The notes beneath the pieces were generated by a model. That model did no database searches. It had not been told where the DNA came from and saw only the letters and a program-made list of their open reading frames with translations. From a virus, in the IMG/VR virus record IMGVR_UViG_3300035034_002228, positions 1 through 64,000 of that record: a stretch of DNA of 64,000 nucleotides; one strand, given 5' to 3'. Numbering within the stretch: position 1 is the stretch's first letter; every line of letters starts with the position of its first letter. Below, one piece after another: positions 10,149-20,039 of the stretch. The translations under genes and the position numbers were made by a program.

Positions 10149-11285
10149 ATGCGTGAATTGATGGTCTACCTGAAAACTACCGAAACCTGTCAGTTAAACT
10201 GTCAGCACTGTTTCACCAGTGGTACTAACGGTAAGAAAGGATGGTTTGATCCCGAAGCCACCGTTGACTTCTTTAAACGATTGAAGCAGCAGTTTCCAAC
10301 GTATCGTTCCGCCAACATCTCGTTCCATGGGGGCGAGCCGATGCTCTGTCCCTTGGAGAAAATGGAATACGTGTTCGACGAGCTTGACGGTTTGTGGGAC
10401 AACTTGAGTTGGGGGATTCAAACCAACCTTACCTACAAGCTGACCGACGAACGTTTGGCGTTCCTCAAGAAAGTTTCCGGCACGTCCATCGGCACGTCAT
10501 GGGACTACAGCATCCGGTGGCAAGGCAACCGGAATCAAGAAGCTCTGTGGGAAGAAAACGTCCGTCGCCTGGTGGCAGAAGGCATCGACGTTACGGTCAT
10601 GATTTGCGTATCCAAAGACTTGATGGAAGTGGAACCCATTGACGTCATCAACAAGATGATTGATTTAGGGGTAAACTTCATCAACTTCGAACGGATCACT
10701 GAAAACGGAAACGCCCGTGAGAACACCGGTATTTTCCCCACCAACTTGGAACTCGATGCGTGGTTCCTTAAAATGTGGGAACAAACACTGGAACATAAAG
10801 CGTACGAACGAATTCTGAATATGTTCGTTGAGAGTCTACTGACCAGTACCGTCTTTAATACGTTCTCTGGATGCCGCAGTCGTGAGTGCGAGCAGAAGAT
10901 CCTCACGTTGAACGCGGACGGGACCATCGGTGGTTGTCCCAATGGCGCCCCGGAAACAACCTTCGGACGTCTGGATCAAACCATAAACGAAATCGTATTT
11001 TCCGAAGGTCGTGGTTGTAACATCGCCAATGAAAGTACCTTGAACGAGGTGTGTTACACGTGTGATGTGTTTGATGTGTGTAACGGCGACTGTCACCAAC
11101 TTAACTGGCATGGGGATATCTGTGCTTCACCCAAATCCATGATGCGGGCAATGAAAAACACCAGCCAGGAGCAACTGCGGGAAGTACTTAATGGATTCAT
11201 GGGCGACGAAGGCATTCGGTACGAGAAAGAACCGTCGGCACTGACCATCGACCCAAACACCATCCCGATTGTGGAGGTTACCTGA
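10149..11285 (+). CDS. Radical SAM/SPASM enzyme 1
   Basis: CQLNCQHC (CxxxCxxC), HGGEP, and C-terminal IGGCPN...CYTCDVFDVCNGDC...C auxiliary-cluster motif. Confidence 0.92.
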   Translation: MRELMVYLKTTETCQLNCQHCFTSGTNGKKGWFDPEATVDFFKRLKQQFPTYRSANISFHGGEPMLCPLEKMEYVFDELDGLWDNLSWGIQTNLTYKLTDERLAFLKKVSGTSIGTSWDYSIRWQGNRNQEALWEENVRRLVAEGIDVTVMICVSKDLMEVEPIDVINKMIDLGVNFINFERITENGNARENTGIFPTNLELDAWFLKMWEQTLEHKAYERILNMFVESLLTSTVFNTFSGCRSRECEQKILTLNADGTIGGCPNGAPETTFGRLDQTINEIVFSEGRGCNIANESTLNEVCYTCDVFDVCNGDCHQLNWHGDICASPKSMMRAMKNTSQEQLREVLNGFMGDEGIRYEKEPSALTIDPNTIPIVEVT

Positions 11286-11286
11286 C

Positions 11287-11829
11287 ATGGCGGATTTAAA
11301 ACGAAGTGATTTTCACGCAGCCGTAAATTCTAATATTAACCAGTATGCCAAGGATCAGGCTCGATGGTGGAAGGGTAACGGCAGAAGCGGAAGTTATATG
11401 AACAACGGACCCCTGGTGTATTTGTCCCATTTCGATCGTGGGACTTCGGCAGCGACCGGGGATGCCGATGCCAGTAACGTGGTGGCTGTTATTAAAGCCG
11501 AAGCCGAACGTTGTACCTCCATGCGGAAAGTGTATACAGCCCGTTATTATTCGGGAAGTTATTACGGAAATGGGGACCGGCGTAAAGTCCGGGGCATTGC
11601 GGCCTTGAACTCCAACTACAGCCAGTCCATTTACAGTTTGAAAACGGCAGGTGGGCACCCCAACTACGTGTCCACAAATAACAACGCCGATTGGTCGAAT
11701 TTGAGTGACCTAATCCAATCCGTTCAAGACGATCTGTACGACAAAATCCACAAAAGCGGTGTTGTGGATTTGTCGGTTTGTCATTCAAAGTGTCATGGTA
11801 ACTGCCATTCCTCAAGGAATAGACGATGA
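11287..11829 (+). CDS. 180-aa protein with C-terminal (CHxx)3 motif; putative radical-SAM substrate
   Basis: ATG 11287 with GGAGG RBS. Ends DLSVCHSKCHGNCHSSRNRR and has an S/N/G/Y-rich body. Confidence 0.7.
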   Translation: MADLKRSDFHAAVNSNINQYAKDQARWWKGNGRSGSYMNNGPLVYLSHFDRGTSAATGDADASNVVAVIKAEAERCTSMRKVYTARYYSGSYYGNGDRRKVRGIAALNSNYSQSIYSLKTAGGHPNYVSTNNNADWSNLSDLIQSVQDDLYDKIHKSGVVDLSVCHSKCHGNCHSSRNRR

Positions 11830-12896
11830 TACGATTACTGAAAAATCTGACGCTGGATTACAGCTTTTCAAGTCCCAGTGGAATGGCTGACCCTAAGGAC
11901 CTCGTGTATATCAATTACCTGGGGTCTAAAACGTTCTCTGCCGACTCAGAACCTTTAATGAAATACCCCAAGTTAGACGTTCTGTTGGATGCGCCGGGCG
12001 GGCTCAATGATTTTTTAGAAACGGTAGTCCTCAGTGGTCGCTCCGTTACTGCGTTTGTGGACGAGATCGATTTAAATCGTTTCTACGTGCATTTCCTCAG
12101 AGGGGTGTTTCCAAACATCACACTTGAGAACACACATCGTTTATTGCGACTCACGGTAGTGGATCAGAAACACAGCCAAACAAACCGGTCGACAAAAGTG
12201 GCGGTAAATCGGGAGGGCAAGCTTGGTCTTACCTTACCGACCCCAATGCAGACTCGAATTTGGTTTGAAGGAGCAGCCAAACAGAACGAGTTCTCAGACA
12301 CGGTGAAAGAAAACGTCTCCATTGAATATTTGATGTTAAATGCATTGGCCGTCAACTACGATCCACACGACCCATTCGTGGTGTATTTCCGTGAGCGACT
12401 GGATGACCTGTTATGGGACATGCTGACGGCGGATTACACAAAACGACGTCGGAAGTTACTGTTGGGTATCTTTAAGTTAAAAGAAAACTTAGATATCGAC
12501 ATCGACCCGTTTGCCGACGACCTGGAGTCTCAAATCGCAGAGCTGGACGCAAAGCTCGGGCTGGACGGTTCTATTAACGAGAAGACAGCCGCCAATGCAC
12601 AACGAATTCACAACACGATCGTGTCGATCAACAAAAAGAACGGCATTGTTGAGGATTTTAAAGAGCTTATTGCACGCTTCTTTTTAAACGACCATGGCAT
12701 CACGCATGACGAGTTTGTTGAACTGATCAAAACCGACCGGCGTCAACCATGGAGTGCTTTATTCGGGCGCAATAAAATGCTGCGTGGTACTGGTTCGCTA
12801 ATATTCAGTTATCTACACAGTGCTACAGCTGATAAACTCTCTGACATGCGTCTGACAAACACAGAGGAAAGTGATCATGCTTCACTTAATAGATGA
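11826..12896 (+). CDS. Unknown protein, paralogue A of a triplet
   Basis: ATGA overlap with the upstream stop. Shares SIEYLM..L...DPFV..F...LW and S.LFGR blocks with the next two ORFs. Confidence 0.75.
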   Translation: MIRLLKNLTLDYSFSSPSGMADPKDLVYINYLGSKTFSADSEPLMKYPKLDVLLDAPGGLNDFLETVVLSGRSVTAFVDEIDLNRFYVHFLRGVFPNITLENTHRLLRLTVVDQKHSQTNRSTKVAVNREGKLGLTLPTPMQTRIWFEGAAKQNEFSDTVKENVSIEYLMLNALAVNYDPHDPFVVYFRERLDDLLWDMLTADYTKRRRKLLLGIFKLKENLDIDIDPFADDLESQIAELDAKLGLDGSINEKTAANAQRIHNTIVSINKKNGIVEDFKELIARFFLNDHGITHDEFVELIKTDRRQPWSALFGRNKMLRGTGSLIFSYLHSATADKLSDMRLTNTEESDHASLNR

Positions 12897-13917
12897 CATC
12901 CGAGCGGACTTTTCATTCACGTCCATCGGACTCAAAAAACCAACCGATACGTTCGTTTATTTAGACGATCGAACGCACACCTCAGGGGATCACCATTTTG
13001 AGGGTGTGATGGAGTTTGATGGGTTGAAAGACGCAATGGATCAATTTGGGGATTTACCTACCTTGATTGAGACAGTGTTGTTGCTGGAAGGGGACGTCTG
13101 GTTAATGCTAGACCCTGACGACATGTACCAGCTGGTTGTAACACACTACCGTTCGATCTACCCGGAGTTGCCAATCGATGTGGTTCATGCGGTTCTGAGG
13201 ACGTTTTACATCCACCACCGTTTTGTGCGTGTTAAAGGGTTTGCTTACGACCATTACTCAGAGCAACTCCCCCTGCCGACCTGGGAAGACACGGAACGGC
13301 TCTACGCGAACTCCAGACATGGGAATGGGTACAGCAACGAACTCAAGAAACATTTGAGCTATGAGGTCTTGCTGGCACACGCCCTGAGTGTGGACTTCGA
13401 CAACGACGACCCGTTCGTCACTCAGTTCGCCAAAAACATCGAACGGATGTTGTGGATTTCCTGTGCCCGCGATTTTGTGAAACGGCGGATGACTGCATTC
13501 GACAACGGCTTTCAACTTAAACAGACGTTGGATCTCCCGCTCAATTTTGACCGTAACGACATTGAACGTCAGTTAGAGGTTCCGGTGGTGAAACGGTTCT
13601 TCAACCCCGACGTCACCTACAAAGATGTTGAGGCGATCAAAGCCGATTACGACTACGTCAGAAAAATGATAGCGAAGGTGGACGCACTGGTGGGTTACGG
13701 TGACGCGTACAACCCATCGCTTTTTGATTTCCTAGACCCAGGTCGTTCCTTTACCGGGTCGGTGGTAAAAGGGTTGGTTGAACTCGATCAGGAATCGTTG
13801 TGGTCCTTTATGTTTGGCCGGGAAAAACTGACCAAAGACACAAACGGGGTGTTTGTTAACTACCTTTACACTTTGGATCGAGAACAACTGACCCACTTTA
13901 CATTGAATGGTGCGTAA
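12877..13917 (+). CDS. Unknown protein, paralogue B of a triplet
   Basis: MLHLIDDIRADFSF...SYEVLLAHAL..DF..DDPFV..F...MLW...SFMFGR. Confidence 0.75.
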   Translation: MLHLIDDIRADFSFTSIGLKKPTDTFVYLDDRTHTSGDHHFEGVMEFDGLKDAMDQFGDLPTLIETVLLLEGDVWLMLDPDDMYQLVVTHYRSIYPELPIDVVHAVLRTFYIHHRFVRVKGFAYDHYSEQLPLPTWEDTERLYANSRHGNGYSNELKKHLSYEVLLAHALSVDFDNDDPFVTQFAKNIERMLWISCARDFVKRRMTAFDNGFQLKQTLDLPLNFDRNDIERQLEVPVVKRFFNPDVTYKDVEAIKADYDYVRKMIAKVDALVGYGDAYNPSLFDFLDPGRSFTGSVVKGLVELDQESLWSFMFGREKLTKDTNGVFVNYLYTLDREQLTHFTLNGA

Positions 13918-13919
13918 AC

Positions 13920-14954
13920 ATGTTGCATTTGCTGGACAAGGTCTACGTTGATTACGACTTTACTGGAAACATTGGTCGCAACAACCTAATCTACGTAGGT
14001 CCCATGGGTATGTTGAAACACACCCACGGTCCGAAACCGCTTTATCAGTTTCCTTCATTGAATACCATCGTTCGGGAATTTGGTGATATACCAACGTTTA
14101 TCGAATGTTTGACACCCCTCGGACAGAAGACCATTATTTTAATGGACGAAGGTTCGATGAACCAATTGCTGGTAACGTGGCTTCGTTCGGTCTTCCCTAA
14201 GATAACCGCCAAAATGGTGCACCGTTTTTTAAAGTTAAACGCAGTGAACCATAAGTACGAACACGGAAGTCGCACCAGTACCAAAGGTTCTCGGAAAGAC
14301 GGGTTTCGAAACCTCACGATTCCCACGTTGGACGATGTTGAGGGAATGTGGAACGATCTGAAAGCGGTTCCCTTGTCCATGGAGCTCAAAGAACGGGTGA
14401 GTTTTGAGTACTTACTGGCACACGTGCTTCTGATGGACTTCCACCCGACCGATCGGTTTGTGAAAGCATTCGTTCAGCGCATGGAGACCATCCTTTGGAA
14501 GTCGGTCGCTTGGGATTTTGTTGGTGTTCGGCGGGACTTACTGTACGGCATGTATAATCTGAAAGAGAACTTTGGTTTGGGTGTGGACTTAGAACAAGAC
14601 GACATCGATGACCAAATTGAAGCCCTTGAGGACACGGTGTTGTTTAACCCAGACAACCATCCTGGGAATGTGGAGTTCATCAAAGACAACCATGCGGCCA
14701 TCCGTGAAATGGTCGAAAAGGTCCATGCAATGAATGGCACGACTGACCCTTTCTTGAATCAGTTGTTGCGGATTTTGCCCAACGGGGTGTTCACTGAAGT
14801 TAAAGCCAAAGAACTGATCGACGAAGACCGGCGGGCGCATTGCAGTCAGATCTTTGGTCGAACGGAGTTTCGGGACAACATGAACAATAACTTCATTGGG
14901 TATCTGTACCGTGCCTCCTGGTCCGAACTCGAAAAAATGAATCTTAACGAATGA
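13920..14954 (+). CDS. Unknown protein, paralogue C of a triplet
   Basis: MLHLLDKVYVDYDF...SFEYLLAHVL..DF..TDRFV..F...ILW...SQIFGR. Confidence 0.75.
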   Translation: MLHLLDKVYVDYDFTGNIGRNNLIYVGPMGMLKHTHGPKPLYQFPSLNTIVREFGDIPTFIECLTPLGQKTIILMDEGSMNQLLVTWLRSVFPKITAKMVHRFLKLNAVNHKYEHGSRTSTKGSRKDGFRNLTIPTLDDVEGMWNDLKAVPLSMELKERVSFEYLLAHVLLMDFHPTDRFVKAFVQRMETILWKSVAWDFVGVRRDLLYGMYNLKENFGLGVDLEQDDIDDQIEALEDTVLFNPDNHPGNVEFIKDNHAAIREMVEKVHAMNGTTDPFLNQLLRILPNGVFTEVKAKELIDEDRRAHCSQIFGRTEFRDNMNNNFIGYLYRASWSELEKMNLNE

Positions 14955-14963
14955 GGTAATCAC

Positions 14964-15656
14964 ATGATCACAGTACCCCTGCCCATGAAAGAACTGCACG
15001 AGGTCATCAGTGACAACAGCAAAGTCTATGATGTCGATTACAGCAACTCCAAGATCAAAGGGAAGCCGTTCGTTTTCTATCTGGCCAACCTGAACGTGAA
15101 GACACGGATTAATGTCGAGACACTGACCAAAGAAGAACTCAAAGAGCTTCTGGTGATATACATGACGATCAACACACCGTTCAAGTGTGAAGAACTCAAC
15201 GTCTTGGTCATGTTGACGTTACTGCACTTCATGGAGGGCGATACGTCGGGAATAACCACTTTTGATTTACCCGACGGGTTCTTGGACGAATTCGTTGAGG
15301 AGAACCAAGATCTCATGGCTCGGTATTTCCTCTTTTGTTCTTCAATGATCAAATACTGCGACTACATTCGAAGTATCTCGGATGACAAAGAGCCCGACCT
15401 TCGCGGTTACGATGGGACCATTGACGACCCGAAATACATTGGGGTGAATGTGGTGTGGCTTTTTGAGATCCCTTCGTTCTTCGAGCTGTTCTTTTCGGCG
15501 CGGGACCCTCAGGACTACCCACAAGTGTACTTCCCGGTTCAGTTTGAAGAGTACATGTTCAATGGTAAGAACTTGTTTTACTTCTTCGTGGGTGATAAAG
15601 AAAACCCCAACTGGTTGCTTCTGAACAAAACCGCACTGGAGAAATTACATGACTGA
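14964..15656 (+). CDS. Unknown acidic protein of the radical-SAM cassette
   Basis: 230-aa ORF with GAGG RBS, overlapping the next radical-SAM gene. Confidence 0.7.
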   Translation: MITVPLPMKELHEVISDNSKVYDVDYSNSKIKGKPFVFYLANLNVKTRINVETLTKEELKELLVIYMTINTPFKCEELNVLVMLTLLHFMEGDTSGITTFDLPDGFLDEFVEENQDLMARYFLFCSSMIKYCDYIRSISDDKEPDLRGYDGTIDDPKYIGVNVVWLFEIPSFFELFFSARDPQDYPQVYFPVQFEEYMFNGKNLFYFFVGDKENPNWLLLNKTALEKLHD

Positions 15657-16653
15657 GAACATGGAAAATCTGATCCCACTGGTGGAGCTAGTGGAAGCGA
15701 AGCGGGGACCGAATAAAGAATTTTTTATCAACTTCTTTGAACGGTGCAACTTGCAATGTGGTTTTTGTTGGCAGGACCATGACGACTGGACAGGGGTTGA
15801 CCAAATCGTTGAAAAAGCCGAGTTGGTGATCAATAACACAAATGACCACGACTTCTACAGTGTGAATGTCATGGGTGGGGAGTTGTTCATGGACGAACTC
15901 CCCGATAGTGTGTTTGACGATTACTTAGAATTCTGCCGTCGGGTTGTGGTGTCGGTGAAACACTGCGAGATAAACTTTGTCACAAACCTGGTGTTCGAGA
16001 AAACCGAACGTGTTGTTCGGTTTGTGAAAACGTTGGAAGAAGCACTGATACCTTTTACGTTTTGCACGTCGTACGATGTGTCGGGCCGTTTTAACACAAA
16101 AACGTTTGCCACGTTTGAACGAAACCTCGCGGTTTTCAAACCATGGCTTTCCAACATCTCAGTGGTGTTGACGCGCCCCAACATCGAACGGTTCATGCGT
16201 CGTCCCGATGTGGCGCTGGATCGCCTGTACAAGGAATACCCGATTTTCTTTGATTACTATTCCCCCGAAGACAACGTCGAGGTACTTCAACCAACGGATG
16301 TGGAGCTGGTCGACTTTTACCTATGGTTAAACGAAAACTACCCGGAGAGTCAACCGATCAAAGCCTTTCGGGAGAACCAGCACAACCCAGCAACGTGTCG
16401 GAGTTCGTTCATCATCCTACCAACCGGGATGACCGGCTCGTGTAGAGTGTTGGCGGACCGCGACCAGTTTAAATCGGACCCAACTGTTGTGGATAACATC
16501 CATGAGTCGGAAGCACGGTTCATTCAGGAACGGGAGTGTTTGAGTTGTGAGTTCTACCAGAAATGCGGGTTGGGATGCTTTCTTCACAGCGACCATGTGA
16601 ACATCACCAATAAACACTGCGAGTTCAAACGACTATATGGAGAACTCGCGTGA
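15649..16653 (+). CDS. Radical SAM enzyme 2 (Cys-rich C-terminal domain)
   Basis: CNLQCGFC, MGGEL and C-terminal CLSCEFYQKCGLGC...C. Confidence 0.9.
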   Translation: MTENMENLIPLVELVEAKRGPNKEFFINFFERCNLQCGFCWQDHDDWTGVDQIVEKAELVINNTNDHDFYSVNVMGGELFMDELPDSVFDDYLEFCRRVVVSVKHCEINFVTNLVFEKTERVVRFVKTLEEALIPFTFCTSYDVSGRFNTKTFATFERNLAVFKPWLSNISVVLTRPNIERFMRRPDVALDRLYKEYPIFFDYYSPEDNVEVLQPTDVELVDFYLWLNENYPESQPIKAFRENQHNPATCRSSFIILPTGMTGSCRVLADRDQFKSDPTVVDNIHESEARFIQERECLSCEFYQKCGLGCFLHSDHVNITNKHCEFKRLYGELA

Positions 16654-17633
16654 GCATTGAAAAATTCAATTCATTTGAGTTGCAGTTAGAAATACTGGCT
16701 GGGTGCGCGTTTAACTGCGTCGGGTGTCACGTCGATCGGGAGTCCCCAAACAAAGCGACCGATAAGATGTATCGGGTAGCCTACGAGTTCTTAGAACAAG
16801 TCGACCCCTACGCTGTTGTGATAGGGAGTACCGACATCTTCACCGCCACCAATACCCTGGAAGTCTTAAACGACATCCGGTTGACCGAACTGATAAAACG
16901 GTTTGACCGACTGGTGGTTAACTCCACCATGGTGAAGCCGAACACGGCTGTACTGGACGCCATTACACGCTTGGGTATGAAGGAAGTTCAAGTGAACATC
17001 GTGATTCCCGAATCGAAGAACTTAAACGAGCGGTACAACACTGTGGTGTCCGAAAAGGTCCGGGAAGTAAAGGAGCGCTTTCCAGATTTGATCCTACATC
17101 CGCAATTGAACCTGAGCGGTTCATTGACCGTTGACAACTACGAAGAGTTGAACGATTTCTACATACGTCACTACGGACAAGGTGTGGATTTCAATCTGTC
17201 GTTTGCTCGCACCAGTTCGGACCCGAATAAGTATCGGGCGGCGTTTGATTGGCTGAAAAAGGTTACGGCAACCACCAGTGCCACCGTTGATGGATGTATG
17301 GATGGCCAACACGTGGATGTGGTCAGTCCCCACGACAAGCTGGAACGGGTGATCATTTTCTACGAAAACGAATTCTACGCCATCCCCATCGTTTACGAAG
17401 ATCTTATTCAAATTCGCGAACGTTATCGGATATCTGGACTCGATGAATACCGTAAGAAATACGATACGGTGGTTTTAGAGCAGTATGCCTACACGGTAAA
17501 AACCGATGAGTGCGGTGAGTGTCCATTTCTACCGACATGTCTTGACCATCGTGTTTTGGCGGTTATGGAAGATTACGACATCACCAGCTGTATACTCCCC
17601 AAGGAAACCATTGCCAGAGTCAACCAGTGGTGA
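16650..17633 (+). CDS. Radical SAM-like protein 3 (divergent)
   Basis: CAFNCVGC, with the GGE motif replaced by GSTD. C-terminal CGECPFLPTC...C. GTGA overlap with the upstream gene. Confidence 0.8.
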   Translation: MSIEKFNSFELQLEILAGCAFNCVGCHVDRESPNKATDKMYRVAYEFLEQVDPYAVVIGSTDIFTATNTLEVLNDIRLTELIKRFDRLVVNSTMVKPNTAVLDAITRLGMKEVQVNIVIPESKNLNERYNTVVSEKVREVKERFPDLILHPQLNLSGSLTVDNYEELNDFYIRHYGQGVDFNLSFARTSSDPNKYRAAFDWLKKVTATTSATVDGCMDGQHVDVVSPHDKLERVIIFYENEFYAIPIVYEDLIQIRERYRISGLDEYRKKYDTVVLEQYAYTVKTDECGECPFLPTCLDHRVLAVMEDYDITSCILPKETIARVNQW

Positions 17634-17641
17634 CGGAATAA

Positions 17642-17676
17642 AACACCCACGGTGCAAGTCCGTGGGTGTTATGTCG
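17642..17676 (+). terminator. Internal hairpin/terminator of the radical-SAM cassette
   Basis: AACACCCACGG-TGCAAGT-CCGTGGGTGTT followed by ATGTCG. Confidence 0.7.
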
Positions 17677-17743
17677 ACTTCTATTTGTTTTCAACGCATG
17701 CGGCCAACTATATAGTCTTTTATTCACAGGTCGGAGACCCGTA

Positions 17744-18784
17744 ATGGATTTGATCATTAAACCAACCGAACTCTGTAACTTCGCCTGCACGTTTTGCAGT
17801 TCTACCAGCATTACCGACAACAAAACCGATGTATTAAACCTAGACTACATTGCCCGTTTTCTAGACCGGTTCCCGGAAACTAACACCATCATTGTCAATG
17901 GCGGCGACCCATTGATGCTCAAGCCGGATTATTACTGGGACATCCTTAAGCTATTGGAAGAACGGAACATGACGGAAACCATCGTTGGTTTTACCACCAA
18001 CCTCTGGGATTTCTACAAGCGCCCTGACAAATGGACCGAACTATTCCGTCATCCCCAGTTCTCTGTGTGCACCTCCTTCAACTACGGCGACAGTCGACGT
18101 ATCAGTAAGAATCGTGTTTTCACCGAAGCCGATTTCTTGGCCATCAGCGACTTGTTTCTTGAACGTGTGGGTTACCGGCCAGACTTTATTTCCGTCATTG
18201 ACGAAGACAATCGCGATACCGCCATTGACAATGTCCGATTGGCTAAACGTCTTGGGGTGGAATGCAAACTGAATTTGGCCATGGTCAGTGGTCGCCAAAA
18301 AGAACCGTTCTTGATCTCCGACGTACACGAACTTTACCTTGAGATCTACGACGAGGGGCTCATGCCGTGGGAGTACAACACCAAACAGATGGTGAACGCC
18401 CTTAATAGTTACCACACCACTTGCCCAATCAGCCGTGACTGTGACACCGGTATCCGTAATATTCACCCCAATGGCGAGTACTACAGTTGCGGTTCCTTTG
18501 GGGACGATCGGAAGTTCCCCATCGATTTCAATAAAGAGATGGAAAGTGACACCATCGCCACGCCCTTGTCCAAAGAGATCACCATGCGGTCCATGCATGA
18601 CGGCTGTTTTGGGTGTGAGTTGTTTGCTCTGTGTAACGGCTGTCGAAAAACCATCCGTGACACGCAACAAGCAGGGCTGGTTGAAAAACATTGCACCACA
18701 ATGACCGCACTCAAACCAAGACTGTTGGAAGCGGCGGAGAAAGAACCATACGCGGTGGGAGGACTGAGTGATAGTATCGATTAA
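17744..18784 (+). CDS. Radical SAM/SPASM enzyme 4
   Basis: ATG 17744 with GGAG RBS. IKPTELCNFACTFC, NGGDP, CPISRDC...YYSC...CFGCELFALCNGC...C. Confidence 0.92.
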   Translation: MDLIIKPTELCNFACTFCSSTSITDNKTDVLNLDYIARFLDRFPETNTIIVNGGDPLMLKPDYYWDILKLLEERNMTETIVGFTTNLWDFYKRPDKWTELFRHPQFSVCTSFNYGDSRRISKNRVFTEADFLAISDLFLERVGYRPDFISVIDEDNRDTAIDNVRLAKRLGVECKLNLAMVSGRQKEPFLISDVHELYLEIYDEGLMPWEYNTKQMVNALNSYHTTCPISRDCDTGIRNIHPNGEYYSCGSFGDDRKFPIDFNKEMESDTIATPLSKEITMRSMHDGCFGCELFALCNGCRKTIRDTQQAGLVEKHCTTMTALKPRLLEAAEKEPYAVGGLSDSID

Positions 18785-19667
18785 CCCGTTGTACCGGTGT
18801 AACTTCCGGTGCAGTAACTGTTACCTAACTGAGGAACAGCTTCGGTCACGCGCTTTGTTGGACTTAGAGCAGTTAGACCGACGCTTGGCGGACATACCCG
18901 AGATTGACGCGGTTGAACTTTATGGAGGCGAAGTCACTTTATTAGACGAGAGCTATGTTAACGACCTTAAAGGTGTGGTACGTCGGTATTACGACGGTCC
19001 GATCTCCGTGACCACCAATAGTTACCAGATGCCGGAATGGATTTATCACGACGACATCGACGTCAACGTCTCTTACGATTTCAATCATCGACCACACCAC
19101 GAACAGGTGTTCACGAATCTGTTGGTTTTCTCCAGGCCGGTGAACGTTATTGTGTTGGCCACGCCAGAAGTAATGGCCGACGATGTAGACCAACAGATCG
19201 AACTAATACGCTCTCTGGTGAATTTGAACTCGGTTGAAATCAAACCTTACAGTCCAAACCAAGCCAACGATCGCGGGAACCGTAACCAAGACTACGTAGA
19301 GTACGTCAAACGCTGGATACGCGGTTTCCCTAATAATCGCTTGCGTAACAGCGCCTTGTTGAATGAGGTGGCTGACGGGGTCCGTAATGCCTTCTCCGAC
19401 GACCACGTGTACATCACGCCCGAAGGAAAGTTCGGGGTGTTGGAATTCGACGAATTCGACCGCGAATACTTTCTCCAGTTGCCGGATTTTAAAGCCTACC
19501 AGCAATGGACCAAGAACGAAAAACACAAATTGCTATCAGAAATATGTCGGGCGTGTGAGTTTAAAGGTAGGTGTTTGACCGAACATTATCGACGGAAGGA
19601 AGGTCTGGATGGGGAATGTAGTGGGTACAAATCGCTCATCGAGTGGTGGTTGGGTCGAGCGGCTTAA
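18768..19667 (+). CDS. Radical SAM enzyme 5
   Basis: INPLYRCNFRCSNC, YGGEV and C-terminal CRACEFKGRC...C. Confidence 0.9.
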   Translation: MIVSINPLYRCNFRCSNCYLTEEQLRSRALLDLEQLDRRLADIPEIDAVELYGGEVTLLDESYVNDLKGVVRRYYDGPISVTTNSYQMPEWIYHDDIDVNVSYDFNHRPHHEQVFTNLLVFSRPVNVIVLATPEVMADDVDQQIELIRSLVNLNSVEIKPYSPNQANDRGNRNQDYVEYVKRWIRGFPNNRLRNSALLNEVADGVRNAFSDDHVYITPEGKFGVLEFDEFDREYFLQLPDFKAYQQWTKNEKHKLLSEICRACEFKGRCLTEHYRRKEGLDGECSGYKSLIEWWLGRAA

Positions 19668-20031
19668 ACGCTTTCATCTCAACGGTGTTAAAACAGACTA
19701 CTTTGGGGGACACTACAACCCATGTGTCATAGTCAGCGCGGTAAAAATGATCAATGGCGACTGTGAGGCCCTTGAATTCCCCGCCAAGAGTTATTTGGTG
19801 GGGATCTGCTACGCCGACTACATCGCGCGGTATTTCAACGTGGATTTTTACGAGGTACTTTCCCACCCAACGTTGTTGCACGACGATGAGCATTTCGTTC
19901 CATATAACGAGGCGACAGCCCCGGTTTATGAGACGCTACTCCCAATGGTGTTGTCAAACGACTTCCGCACTACGGAGTTGTACGGTGTCATCATCGGGTA
20001 CTGTGAAGAAGAACTGGGACTGACTGAATGA
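19609..20031 (+). CDS. Unknown protein of the radical-SAM cassette
   Basis: 140-aa ORF with GGAAGG RBS filling the gap between radical SAM enzyme 5 and the oxygenase gene. Confidence 0.6.
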   Translation: MGNVVGTNRSSSGGWVERLKRFHLNGVKTDYFGGHYNPCVIVSAVKMINGDCEALEFPAKSYLVGICYADYIARYFNVDFYEVLSHPTLLHDDEHFVPYNEATAPVYETLLPMVLSNDFRTTELYGVIIGYCEEELGLTE

Positions 20032-20039
20032 GGTGATGT

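Noticed and set aside
11779-11826. (CHxx)3 as a c-type cytochrome haem-binding site
   Set aside because: The spacing is CxxxCH rather than canonical CxxCH, and there is no export signal or cytochrome maturation gene.
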